Part shown: one piece after another, positions 49,491-60,444 of the stretch | Position numbering within the stretch: the stretch's first letter is position 1 | Layout: each line of letters opens with the position of its first letter | From: Saprolegnia diclina VS20 | Taxonomy: Eukaryota | Assembly: GCF_000281045.1 (NCBI RefSeq) | Contig: NW_008246069.1 | Coordinates: 440,369-500,812 of the forward strand | DNA length: 60,444 nucleotides | Direction: 5' to 3' | Program-made: the position numbers and the translations under genes | Notes under the pieces: generated by a model | What the model was told of the DNA's origin: nothing | Databases searched by the model: none | The model's input: only the letters and a program-made list of their open reading frames with translations

Positions 49491-50979
49491 ATGGCGCGCG
49501 ATGCGACTGTGACCATCGACGCCGTGCACCGACGCAGCGTAAGCAACAACAACTACGAAGGGCGCAAGAGCATTCGCAAGTCGGTGGTTGCCCCCGAGGC
49601 CGCGCACGAACCTCACTACGACGACAAGGCCGACTCGATGGTCGGTAACCCCGAAGTCGACGCGCCGGAAGAATCGTCGCCGCCGCCAATCAAATATCGG
49701 CCGTCTTACAGCCGGCCGTACGACCTGCCACCGCCCAAAGCACCTCTGCCAAAGGCAATACAGTCTCTTGACCCGCGCTCCAGCTCATGGATTTGACGTA
49801 GCGGGTCGTCGTGACAAGCGAAAAGAGTTCCACCGACGACGACGGACCAAGGACCATTGTCAACGCGCACTCACGAACGCTCTTGGAATTAAAAAGGCGC
49901 AAGCCGTCGCTCGTGGACCCGAGCTTGAAGGTCGAGGACCGGTAAGGATACCAAGTCTCCATCTCTTTTTCGAAGTCTCTAAATCGTAGGCTGCAGCAAT
50001 TGGGGCTCGTCTACGCCCAAAAGCAAGCCTCCAAGCAAGCCATCAATGCAACGCACCAGTGTACGTTTACGCCGGCCATTTCGTATCACTCGTCCAAGCT
50101 CTCGCGCCACGGCAGCGTGCACGACCGCCTCTATGGCCTCGCCAAGGCACCGACACGAGCACCCGACGCGGCATCAACCACAGCCTCTCCAGCAAAGCCA
50201 GCCACATCCAATACAGCAACGTCGGCGGGCGAGCGACTCTACCGAAAAGCCCGTGAATTCCAGGTCAAGCAGGACGCAGTCCGCGCCGCTGAAGCCGCGG
50301 AAGCCGCTTCACTGCGCGTACGATATACCTCCTTTGCCTGTTCCCCGGTCCGAATACGACGGGATTAGAATACGCGCAAAATGAGCGCCAAGAGTCTCCG
50401 CCTCGTGGAGCGTAGTACCAAGCCGCCCCAGCCTGTGCCGACGTCCGCATCAAGTCCACCGGCTCGCACCAAGCAAGTGACGACCGCCCAAGCACGCGCC
50501 ATCTACGACCGTCAGCTGCAGTGGAAGGAAGCCAAGGACGCGAGAAGCGCTCGCATCCGGTGGCAACAAGATCGGGACGAGCAGCAAGCGTGCACGTTCC
50601 AAAACCCGTACGCCGACAAGGCGACGCCGCCGCTGCACGATGCGTCGTTCTTTGACAAAGCGATCGAATGGGCCAAGGCCAAGGACGCGGTGGTGCGCCA
50701 AAAGCAGCAAGCCCGCCAAGCAGAGGAGCTCGCAGCCTGCCCGTTCAAGCCACAGCGGCCACCGCGGCCGCGCCGAAGAGACCCGAGCGGTCTCGAGGCC
50801 ATCATTGCGACGTTCCAAGCGGTACTTTCACTGGTATGACGAAGGCCCTTATTTGTGAGTAGGAACACTATGCGCACGCCCCACTGCCCTACCCGTGGGA
50901 AGCCTACACCGATGCCTCGGGCAACGACTATTACTACAATCCCGCCACCGAGACAACCCAGTGGGGTCGCCCGACATAG
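49491..50979 (+). CDS. Hypothetical protein with CTFxP/CPFKP repeats and a C-terminal WW domain (intact copy B), multi-exon
   Basis: QCTFTP, ACTFQNP, ACPFKP motifs; last exon LPYPWEAYTDASGNDYYYNPATETTQWGRPT* is a WW domain. Confidence 0.75.
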
Positions 50980-51016
50980 CACTCACAGCATGCAATACAC
51001 GATATTCGCCATTTGC

Positions 51017-52142
51017 TTACTTGGGCGCGACTGTGTTGAGGCCAAAGCCCTTGATCGTCTGGAGGAACGTGGTTTCGAAGGGCATGAGTTGCACCTAGCA
51101 CCTTTGTGACGAATGATGTAGGGATAGGGTTGCTGGCGTACCTCGGTCTGGCGGAGCGAGATGATTTGGCGCATGACGTCAATGTACTTGAGGGCGAGGA
51201 GGTAGCGCAGCGGGTCTTCGCCGCTGCGGGTCACGACCTTGGAAATCTACACTCGATGGTGAGCGCTATCGACTGGAAAGAAGAAGCGAGATGACCTCCT
51301 TGATACTGCGGGCTTCGGCGTTGGCCGCGTTGACGATCGCTTGCGCTTCACCACGCGCTACGAGCGACAAGATGAGCGAAACGAAGGCGAGACAGGCGTG
51401 TACCGCGGGAGAGCGCTTGCTGGGCCTCGCCTTCCGACTCTTTGATCATGCGGTCGCGGTTGCCTTCCGAGTTGATGACGGTCGTTTGCTTGGACGCCTT
51501 GGCCTGGATGATGATTTCCTTGTTGTTGAGATCGGCCTGCTTCTTGGCGGCGAGCACTTGGCTGAGGCGACCCGCGTCAACCCGCTGGATCTTGACCATC
51601 GAGATCTTGACGCCATATTGTACAGACGCGGCGTCCATGAGACCCGAGACGCGGTCCATCTGCGCCGTGTCTTCAATGATCTGGTCAACGTCGAGCGAGC
51701 CGGCGACGTTGCGGATCTGCGCTTGAAGCAACACGCTAAGCAGGTGCGGGAGGTTCTGCACCGAGTAAATGTACGTCTTTGGGCTCGTGATCGAGTACTG
51801 AAGCACGGCGTCGAGGAAGATGGCCGCGTTATCGCGCGTAATGACCGGCTGCTTGGGGAAGTCGAGGACCTCGTTTTGCGTCGAAATCGTCGAGAGATTG
51901 CGCTTGTCGACAAGCGTCAAGCGCGAATTGACGTCGACAATGTACTTTTGGTGGTGCGTCCGGGGCGCGTCCACGAACGGGATGATGACGTGGAAGCCGG
52001 GCGTGAGGATCGTGTGGAAGCGGCCGAAGCGCTCGACGACCATGACCTCCTTCTCCTTGATGATCTTGACGCCCTTGGAGATGACGAGGAGCACGAGCAG
52101 CACCGCGACGGCGACGGGCAGGACGATCGCAACAGTGTCCAT
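51017..52142 (-). CDS. SPFH/band-7 (stomatin-like) protein, multi-exon
   Basis: N-terminal TM segment; VVERFGRFHTILTPGFHVIIPFVD, QPVITRDNA, QYGVKISMVKIQ; coiled-coil tail. Confidence 0.88.
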
Positions 52143-52770
52143 GCTCGTTTGACAGACCAAATTGCACTTTGAGTTTCGCGTACTTTTTAGTTTATTTTAT
52201 TGCATTTTATTTTAATATTTTTTATTTTGCATTCGGACCTCCCGGCGCAGGGCCGTGACGGCGACGACATAGCGATTTCGACGGTAAGTGCGTAGCAGAG
52301 ACTGCACCGATATGTTATCTACTGCAGCGCACCGAGTGGACAGGACAACAGCGGGAAAGGGAGGTTTAGAGACTGCCATCGACCCCGAGACGGCAACGGG
52401 ACCACCGTTTGACAGCAACGAAATTCGAATTAAAATTCACGCGGCCAGTGCGAGAAAAACGCTGATTGGACAGCGGTAGCGAACATCGTAGTGAAATAGC
52501 GAAGTTCGAAGCATGGGAGAAATAGCTTTGTCCCAACGAAGATATAAGGGAGGACAGGATCGGCCGTGCGATGGTGCTGTCGTGCGGTGCCCGTAGGAGG
52601 AAGGACCTCGTGCATGCGAGCCGATGCATAGTGCAGTCGTTGCGGCGGCGGTGCCATCGCGTGGCGAGGAGGAGCCTGATTCTACGAGATCGCTCAGCGC
52701 CGGATACGTGTGTGTATCCGGAAGATAGGTAAATCCCAGAGGCATGTTTTGCCCACGTTCGATTCAAACG

Positions 52771-54246
52771 ATGGCAACCGAGGTGGCATCTGTGGACGGT
52801 GGCGCAGCCAAGGCGACGTGGAGCGTGAAGCGGACGCGCGAGCTCTTCGCGGCTGAGACCGAGGCCTTTGACGTCGACGAGCAGAGTCAGCAGACGCACA
52901 TCCAGGTCAAGTTCCGGGCGCGGTATGCCAACGTGCCCGAGATCAAACCGAGCCAGCTCAAGAAGGCCAAGGGTGCGACGGTCGCCACAAACATCCCGGC
53001 GCCGGTCGTCGCCGAGACCATCGACACGGTAGCCGACGAGGCTCCTGCGCTCGACGCCAATGACGAGACGGCCGATGTGGTTGGCAAGGCCGTCGAAGCC
53101 CTCGCCAAGCAAGAGGCGGCGGCGGCAGCTGCCAACCCGACCCACAACTCGGCGCTCGTCGAGTACAAGAAGGAAACGACGTTTAGTGCACAGTTTGCCT
53201 CGTCGTCGTCGACGGCCCTCGTGCGCCGCCGCCTCGCACAGGAGGTGCCCAAGCCGCAGTGGCACGCGCCGTGGAAGCTCAAGCGCGTAATTGCGGGGCA
53301 CCTCGGCTGGGTCCGGTCCGTGGCCGTCGACCCGACGAACGAGTGGTTTGTCACGGGCTCGGCCGACCGCACGATCAAGGTGTGGGACCTTGCGTCCGGC
53401 CAGCTCAAGCTCACGCTGACCGGCCACATCAATGCGATCCGCGGCCTCGCCGTCAGCGACCGCCATCCGTACCTCTTTTCGTGCTCGGAGGACAAGAAGG
53501 TACTGTGCTGGGACTTGGAGTACAACAAGGTCATCCGCAGCTACCACGGCCACCTCTCGGGCGTCTTTAGCCTCAAGTTGCACCCGACGCTCGATGTGCT
53601 CGTGACGGGCGGCCGCGACGCCGTCGCGCGTGTCTGGGATATGCGCACGAAGCAGCAGATCCACGTGCTCTCGGGCCACCAAGGCACGGTGTGGTGCCTC
53701 GAGACGCAGCCGACGGACCCGCAGATCCTCTCGGGCGCGGCCGACGGCACGGTCAAGCTCTGGGACCTCGCGGCCGGGAAGGCCATGACGACGCTGACGA
53801 ACCACAAGAAGGCGGTGCGCGCGATGGCGTGCTCGCCGAACGACCACTCGTTCCTCACGGGCGCGGCCGACAACCTCAAGAAGTGGCAGACGCGCGACGG
53901 CAAGTTTTTGCGCAACCTCTCGGGGCACAACGCGATCATCAACGCCGTGTGCATGAACCAAGACAACGTGGCGGTCTCGGCGGCCGACAATGGCACGATG
54001 CGCTTCTGGGACTACACCACGGGCTACAACTTCCAGAAAGAAGCCACCATCGTGCAGCCCGGGTCGCTCGACTCGGAGGCCGGCATTTACGCCGCGACCT
54101 TTGACAAAACGGGGCTGCGGTTGATTACGGCCGAGGCCGACAAAACCATCAAAATCTGGCAGGAAGACGCGACCGCGACGCCCGAGTCGCACCCGATCGA
54201 CATGTCGGGCTGGACCAAGGAGTTTACGGCGCCCAAGCGCTTTTAA
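52771..54246 (+). CDS. PLRG1: Pleiotropic regulator 1 / Prp46 WD40 splicing factor (alternative upstream ATG at 52744)
   Basis: [29 protein letters not shown]...[11 protein letters not shown]...[12 protein letters not shown]...ATPESHP. Confidence 0.96.
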   Translation: MATEVASVDGGAAKATWSVKRTRELFAAETEAFDVDEQSQQTHIQVKFRARYANVPEIKPSQLKKAKGATVATNIPAPVVAETIDTVADEAPALDANDETADVVGKAVEALAKQEAAAAAANPTHNSALVEYKKETTFSAQFASSSSTALVRRRLAQEVPKPQWHAPWKLKRVIAGHLGWVRSVAVDPTNEWFVTGSADRTIKVWDLASGQLKLTLTGHINAIRGLAVSDRHPYLFSCSEDKKVLCWDLEYNKVIRSYHGHLSGVFSLKLHPTLDVLVTGGRDAVARVWDMRTKQQIHVLSGHQGTVWCLETQPTDPQILSGAADGTVKLWDLAAGKAMTTLTNHKKAVRAMACSPNDHSFLTGAADNLKKWQTRDGKFLRNLSGHNAIINAVCMNQDNVAVSAADNGTMRFWDYTTGYNFQKEATIVQPGSLDSEAGIYAATFDKTGLRLITAEADKTIKIWQEDATATPESHPIDMSGWTKEFTAPKRF

Positions 54247-54683
54247 TCGAGTATTCCTACTACTATATGCATGCATTGACGACGTTTCCGCCCTTCTTTA
54301 TGCATTGCTTGGTAGTCAAATACGGCGTTCTCGACTGGTGCTGGGAAATTTACTAGTATCAAGGCCATCAACTTTACCTTGCAAGTATGTGCACTGTGGA
54401 CGCAGGCACTCGGTAGATGGGGTCGCCAGTTTGTCCATGGGACATGGCCGATTCGTGTTTTCCACCTAACCCTAATCGCTACTGTTGTACTAACAGTGTA
54501 CACAATATTGTACTAAAATAATAATGCTTCGGTAGAACCCATGCCACTTGGAACCTTAATTAATTGAAGCTTAGGACTCTTCCTTCTACGAGTGAACATG
54601 GCACTCTCTACAATTCTACTATCTACAATTCTACTAACTACTAACTGCACTCCAACTCTTCTACTATCGAATCGATGAGGTGA

Positions 54684-57600
54684 CTAGAGCGGGCCGTAGC
54701 GCGACGTCGGCTCGATCGTGTACTTTTGAATGTTGCTGTCGAGCTGGAGCGCGGCCGACCGCTTGTAATGACTCTCTCGCTCGGCCAAGAGCAGTGCGTC
54801 GTCTAGTCATGCATGAGGACTATGGTCCATTCGACACTAGTGGATACCTTTGGTGTCGAGCTGCGTGATCGCGTACGCTGTATCCAGGGCTGAGAGAAAG
54901 CCGCGGTTGATGCCCAGCCCTTGCGGCCAGAAGGGCTCCATGAGCGCATCGCCGACAAGCGCGACGTAGAGCTTGGCGGCACCGTTTGTAAGCACGTCGG
55001 ACGCCTAGTTCGACATGAGGTCCAGGGTTCGAACCCTTCAAACGTGTACCTTTTCCGCCCGCAGCGTGCGGCTAAAGTCAAAGACGTTGGCGCCTTCAAG
55101 CGGGCCTTGCATCGGGATCTTGAAAAACTCAAAGGCTTTGGTCACAAATGCCCGGAGCTTCGTCGCGTCAATGTTGTCGGGATGCACGAGTGGCGAGTGG
55201 TTGGACCGCTTCAGCACGCCTTGTTCGAGCAAGTTCTTGGCCTTGGGCGTCATGACGACGTAGTGAACTTCGCCGCGGTAGTAGACCGCGTTCTCCAAAT
55301 CGAGACCGCGCTCCTTGAGCTCCCCAAACATTTTCTGGTTGTACTGGTACCCCCACGAAAACTCCGACACTTGGCTCTCCTCGCTACACAAAAAATATCA
55401 AAAATGAGTGCGCGCCAACAGGATCGAAGTCGTACCGAGTGCGCGTGTTGGCCACGTAGCCCAAGACGCCGTACGCCGGGCTCGGTGAAAACGCAATGCG
55501 CTGAATGTTGGCGAGCGCGCCGACCGTGTCGTACATGCCGCCGGCGCCGACGACCGCGGACACGTGCTGCAGATGCAACGGCAGCGCCGGTGTCGCGTTC
55601 ACGCAGTAGCCGTCGTCGGTCGCCGTGACGCCATCAAAGCTCGTGTTGCCAACGACTACGGATCCATCTCGATGAGACGTCGCCCATCATACAAGCCGAT
55701 ATACCAGTGACGCCGAGGAGGAGGGCGACCTTGAGCAAAATGCACTGCAGCTGGCGCGTGCCCACATGAAAGTACACGGACGAGGTGCAAAACTAAGCGA
55801 GTTGGTGGCGATAAGACACTGGATATTGCCAAAATGAAAGCACGTACTTGGCTGTAAAAGGCCTTGGCGCCGAGGCTCGTGAGGTCGTGGACGACCCACG
55901 GAAAGAGGTGCAGAATGTTTTCCCGCGTAAACGACGGCCGCTTCTCGAGGACGACGACTTGCGCGCCGAGGAGCGCGAGCTCGATCGCCGTGCGCAAGCC
56001 GACAGGCCCGGCGCCCACAATGCACACACGCTACGCAAGATGAGATGAGACAAGTTGTCAATGGTTTGAACAGGTCGCACCCGCGCCGATGCTGCGTGGC
56101 TCTTGTAGAGCGCGTGGGACTTTTGCTTGGCGTCGAGGATCTCAAAAATGCGGCTTTGGCGAAACGTGAGGAGCCGCTTGAGGCCGTGCTATCACAATGC
56201 ATTCGTGTGGCGAGTGTATCGGAGGCTAGAGATGTACCTTGATAAGCGGGTAGATGGCAATGTCACGCCGACGCGACGTGTCGATCGAGAGACCCTGCAC
56301 GACTGTCTCAAAGCCGTTCATAATGCCCTCAAAGTCCTAACACATCCTTGTCGTTGGTCGTATTGTCCTACATCTGATAGACAATACCTGGCTGGATTCA
56401 AAGCGCACCATCGCGGCCACAAGCGAGTCCTTGAGCGCGTCCGTCATTTGCGTCTTGTGGGCTGCTGTTGGCGCCGGTGTCGCTGGCACGGCAAAGAACG
56501 TGTTGGTCTGCATGGGCGCCAGCACAGACTCCATGTTGGACGACGAGGGCGACAGAAGCGGGTCGTCGTCGCTCTCCGAGTCGCTAAAGCATGCTGGCTT
56601 GCCAAAGGTGGCTTGCTTGGGCGAGAGCTGCTTCTCGAGCACCGTGTAATCTATCCACAGTATATCCGTTCATATCGTTGGTCTATACCAAAAGATTCTG
56701 TACCCGAGAGACCCGAGAGCACCTCAAAGCAGCTCTGGAGGTCCTGCGCGCACGCGCCATACATTTGCGCGATCGTATCGGGCAGCAAATCCGGGAAAAG
56801 CTCTGTGAGCGTCGCCACGTGGTCGGGTACATTCGGGTCGACTTGGCGAAGCACTTGCTTGCGGAAGGCGCGGATCTTGGTCGCTTGCTGCACCTGCTGG
56901 ATCGAGACGGTCGCGTGCTGCCGGTTGCCGACGCTCGCGAGCGCCGACTTGTCAAAGCCGCGGAGCGCCGCGCCAATATGCGCCGGCAACGTCTTGAGCG
57001 ACAGCATCGTGTCCACGTGGCGCAAGAGCAAGTGCACTTTGGTGGCGGTACCCGCATCGGCGTCGGTCCAGCTGTTGCACGCGACGCGGATCGCGTCGAG
57101 CGTCTCGAGCACTTGGGCTTGGAGCGACGCCACCGAGACGGCCGACCGCGCGCGCGGACTCGTCGACGTACTGCGCTTGGCGACGACGAGCGACACGTTC
57201 TTGGATGCGCCGTACGTTGGGACCGACACGAGCGTGTCGGCGCCCAAGTGGGTTGGAAAGCTGCTGTCCGAGGCCGATTTGACCAACGACCGGCGGCGCG
57301 GCACCGGTGCGGACGCCGGCGGCGGCCACATGAACGACTTGGACAAGCTCGTACGCGGTGCGTCTTCAATCGACGACATCGAGTGACGCGACGCCGTCGG
57401 ACTGCTCATCGGCGACTCTTCGGACGCACTGTCCTTTTTGCTCAATCGGCGGCGCGAGATCTCGCGGGCGAGCTCTGCGTGCTTGTCCACCGTCGGCGCG
57501 CGCACGCTTGTCGGCTCCGTCACCGCGTTCAATGCCGTGTCTGTGCGTGGCGATGGCGGGCGGCGCTCAAAGTTCTTGTAGATGCCAACCCAGCTGAACG

Positions 57601-57929
57601 CATCCGGCATGATCGTCGCGTCGTTGGCGACCAGGCTCGACAGCACCTACGCACACTGTGATGAGAGCGAATGCCATCGGCAAGGTAGCCTACGCTGCAA
57701 AACTGGTCGCGCGGCACGAAGCCGTCGCCCGTGCTGTCCATCTCGGTGATGAGCTGCCACGCCGTCGCCAGCGGGAGGCCGCGCACTGCGCCGGCCACGT
57801 CGTCGACGCACACACGGTTGTCCTTGTTGCCTACACACGATGCTTTCCATGAGCATCGAACCGAGTCGCTTCATGCTTGGGACCGTCGAGGTGGGCGAAG
57901 AGAAGGTCGAGGGTCCTGTCGTCTGTCAT
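54684..57929 (-). CDS. MICAL-type FAD monooxygenase domain at the C-terminus, with N-terminal EF-hand-like and Ser-rich regions; multi-exon; start uncertain (57929 or 57992)
   Basis: [105 protein letters not shown]...YTIEPTSRY are characteristic of the MICAL monooxygenase domain. Confidence 0.85.
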
Positions 57930-58178
57930 GGCAATCGCCGTCTGGCCGACGTTGCCATTTGGACGCAGAATGCAGGTCGTGCTTCCGGCCATCGCTTGAA
58001 ATTTCGAAGCCGCATACAAACCCCAAGACAAATGCACGTGCGACGGGGCGGCTTCTAAATTTAGATTCGAAAGCAATGACCCAAGTCAGACGAAGGAGGG
58101 CATCCATCGGTTTCGCTGCCAGCTACTTGTTGAAGCTCAAGGGTACAGCGTACAGTGGACCGAGATCCTTGAAGCATC

Positions 58179-59907
58179 ATGGGCGCGGACGACGCAGCTG
58201 CGAAGCGCGCGACATTCCTCGCAGCGCCACGCGTCCTCAAATCGTTGCACCTCGGCCGCGACTATGGCAGTGTCCGCGTGCTCGGGTCGCAGGCCGTCAA
58301 TGCCGCGCCACACGGCGTCCTAAGTGGCCTCTGCGTCCACAGCCTCAACCACACGCTCTTGGTCTGCGACGTGACCCATGCGTGCATCCGAGTGCTGGAC
58401 GTGCGCTCCCGCGCCGTGCTCCATTCGATCGGCAGCCGCGGCGGCAACCCCGGAAAATTCATCGAGCCCGTCGGTATTGCGTTCAATGCGTTAAACGGCC
58501 ACTTTGCGGTCTCAGATGCCAAGCTCAACCGGATTCAAGTGTTCTCCGTGCAGTACGAGCTACTCGGGCACTTTGGAAAGCCCGGCGCCCAGGCCGACGA
58601 GTTTCAGGCCGTGGCGGGGCTAACTTATACGCCCGATGGGCACCACTTGGTCATTGCAGACAGAGGCAACCACCGCGTCAAGATCGTGACACCGCAAGGT
58701 GGTTTCGTGCGGACCATTGGCGGGTTTGGTGACGAGAGCCACCAGTTCAACGTACGTCCCACTCTGGTCCATGGAGCCAGTGGCAGAGTAGGATGTGGTG
58801 AGAAGGGTCCGCCTCATCGTCTTCTTTCCACTTCGTGTAGTCACCGTGCGACGTGGCAGTCAACAGGCGCGGTGAGCTCTTTGTCGCCGACCGCGAGAAC
58901 AATCGGGTCAGCGTCTTCTCGCCCCTCGGCGAGTTCATCCTCTACTGGCTCGTCCCGAGCCCGCACAGCGTCGGCATTGCGACAGAGGATGCAGCCAGTG
59001 GCGACGCGGGCGACATTGTGGTCTGCGATGCGCAGCACCTGCGGGTGTTTTCGCAGACGGGGCTGCTCGCTCTCCAAGTGCCACTGGTGGACACGACGGG
59101 TGTCGTGTACACCCAGAAACGCTTTCTTCTCACCCAATTGCCATCACTCGTGACATTCTGTGCACCCTACACGTAATCCTACGTCCGCTTGCACCAATCA
59201 TCATGATTTGACGTGTCCAGGAGCGTGGCCGCCGGCGCGCTCATCATTTTGCCTGTCGCCGCGTTCGAGATGGTCTTGCGTTATCTCTCGTACCAGGATG
59301 CGATTCCGCTGCGTCAGACCAACCGGTGCTTCCTCTTTTCTTGGCGTCCTGAGAAAGATGACTGACATGAAAGGTACTGTGTACTAGGTTCTTCCATCGT
59401 ACATGCAAACATCTCCGCGACACGTGGCAACTCTTCCCGCTCACAATCGGCGAATCGCCGCGGCGCCACTGCGGCGTTCTTGTCGCAAAAGCCTCTGGCC
59501 TCAAAGCCATCCATGTCCTCTACGCAAAGTGGGGCGAGCAGTCGTACGCGGCCATTCCCCGGCCCGATATGCACGGGCTCCACTTCGCGTCGTCGTTCCA
59601 AAGCGCAATCTGCGAACACTTTGGCCCGATGTTTTGGTTTCAGCACGAGCCGTCGCTACTCATCATCTTTCAGTTCTACGCCGACGCGGACAAAGTGCTT
59701 CGGCGCAAGGGCTTTCTCGAGCTCGTCACCGTGCTCACCGAGATCCAGGCCAATGTCCTCGAGTGGCACCACTGCCGCGCGTTTGCAGACGCCCGTCGGT
59801 CTGTGCCATTGCGACGAAAACAATCTGTCTCGGGACTCGAGCGACTTGAAGCGGCGCAGAATTACCAGCTCGATACGCTCGTGTCGAAGCTACGATCAAT
59901 GGTTTAG
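58179..59907 (+). CDS. NHL-repeat beta-propeller protein with a downstream F-box-like motif, multi-exon
   Basis: GSRGGNPGKFIEPVGIA...SDAKLNRIQVF, IADRGNHRVKI, VADRENNRVSVF; LPVAAFEMVLRYLSYQDAIPLRQTNRFFHRTC. Confidence 0.78.
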
Positions 59908-60415
59908 TGCGCTGAATTGGCAAGCGAATAGACATATCGACCGTGGCGTCGACGGCGCGTTGAGACACCATGTACTCTCAACACTGATACAGTACAGTGT
60001 GGCGACAAGTACATCCTATTTTGCTTGCAGAGCTGGCCACCATGTGCGAAACAGCCTGCGAAAGCGCCATTATCCGTCGCCAAAGTTCAATGGACTTGAG
60101 CGGAGCCTCGCTGGATCAAAAGCACCACCAAAGCAGCGTCGCGTCCGAGCTATAGGCGGATATGCAGCGAGCTCGATCGGATCACGTGGCGCGCTCAAAG
60201 CTAACAATACGACATCGGAGTGATGGTCAAATGGATCTTGCTGTCGTGACGCGATTCCATTGGTCAAAATACAGCCAATAAAGCGTCGCAATGGGTTTTG
60301 CGATCGACTCATTCGGCGCGCAGTAGCAACAGCACCGGCAGCGACAGCACCGGCAGCGACAGTCCGGAGCGTCCAGTCGTTCGGCGTACCCGTCGTGGTC
60401 TTCGAGTTGAGAAGC

Positions 60416-60444
60416 ATGCCCGATCACCAGAAGATCGTCGTTGT
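60416..60444 (+). CDS. Possible start of a gene running off the window (MPDHQKIVV...)
   Basis: ATG preceded by CCAAT boxes (~60259, ~60276) and an INR-like ACTCATTC (~60307); only 9 codons visible. Confidence 0.25.

Noticed and set aside
52366..54276. 636-aa minus-strand ORF
   Set aside because: Antisense shadow of GC3-rich PLRG1; no recognisable motifs
54465..54475. CCTAACCCTAA, like a telomerase RNA template or telomeric seed
   Set aside because: Single 11-mer in a 3' intergenic region; no flanking structure or promoter recognised, and the species' telomere motif is unverified
54607..54636. 15-bp tandem duplication TCTACAATTCTACTA (similarly a 15-bp repeat at ~60329-60362)
   Set aside because: Trivial slippage repeats in UTR or intergenic DNA

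Overview
Gene-dense eukaryotic DNA with GC-rich coding sequence, many short (~40-60 nt) GT-AG introns and oomycete-type INR/FPR and CCAAT promoter motifs. It is most consistent with a Saprolegniales oomycete (Saprolegnia-like); this is an inference. It contains about 19 protein-coding genes: PDCD4/MA3, an LRR+EF-hand protein, two degenerate 2OG-Fe(II)-oxygenase-like paralogs, two GH72 glucanosyltransferases, LYRM4/ISD11, an IQ/WW/B-box protein, EBP2, two transmembrane paralogs, a PDR/ABCG transporter, a kinesin-6, CTF18, a duplicated CTFxP-repeat/WW gene, an SPFH protein, PLRG1, a MICAL-type monooxygenase and an NHL+F-box protein. It also contains a tRNA-Thr(CGT), a phosphoesterase pseudogene, an internally deleted Ty1/copia element and two assembly gaps. 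Most notable observations: (1) an unannotated ~200-nt intergenic element whose stems pair fully only on the minus strand through G-U wobbles (candidate ncRNA); (2) a tandem gene duplicate whose WW-domain exon is replaced in frame by ~200 codons of antisense copia sequence; (3) four local paralog pairs, two with apparent gene-conversion tracts; (4) a MICAL-like enzyme with an unusual architecture. Exon boundaries were inferred by eye and no database searches were run.
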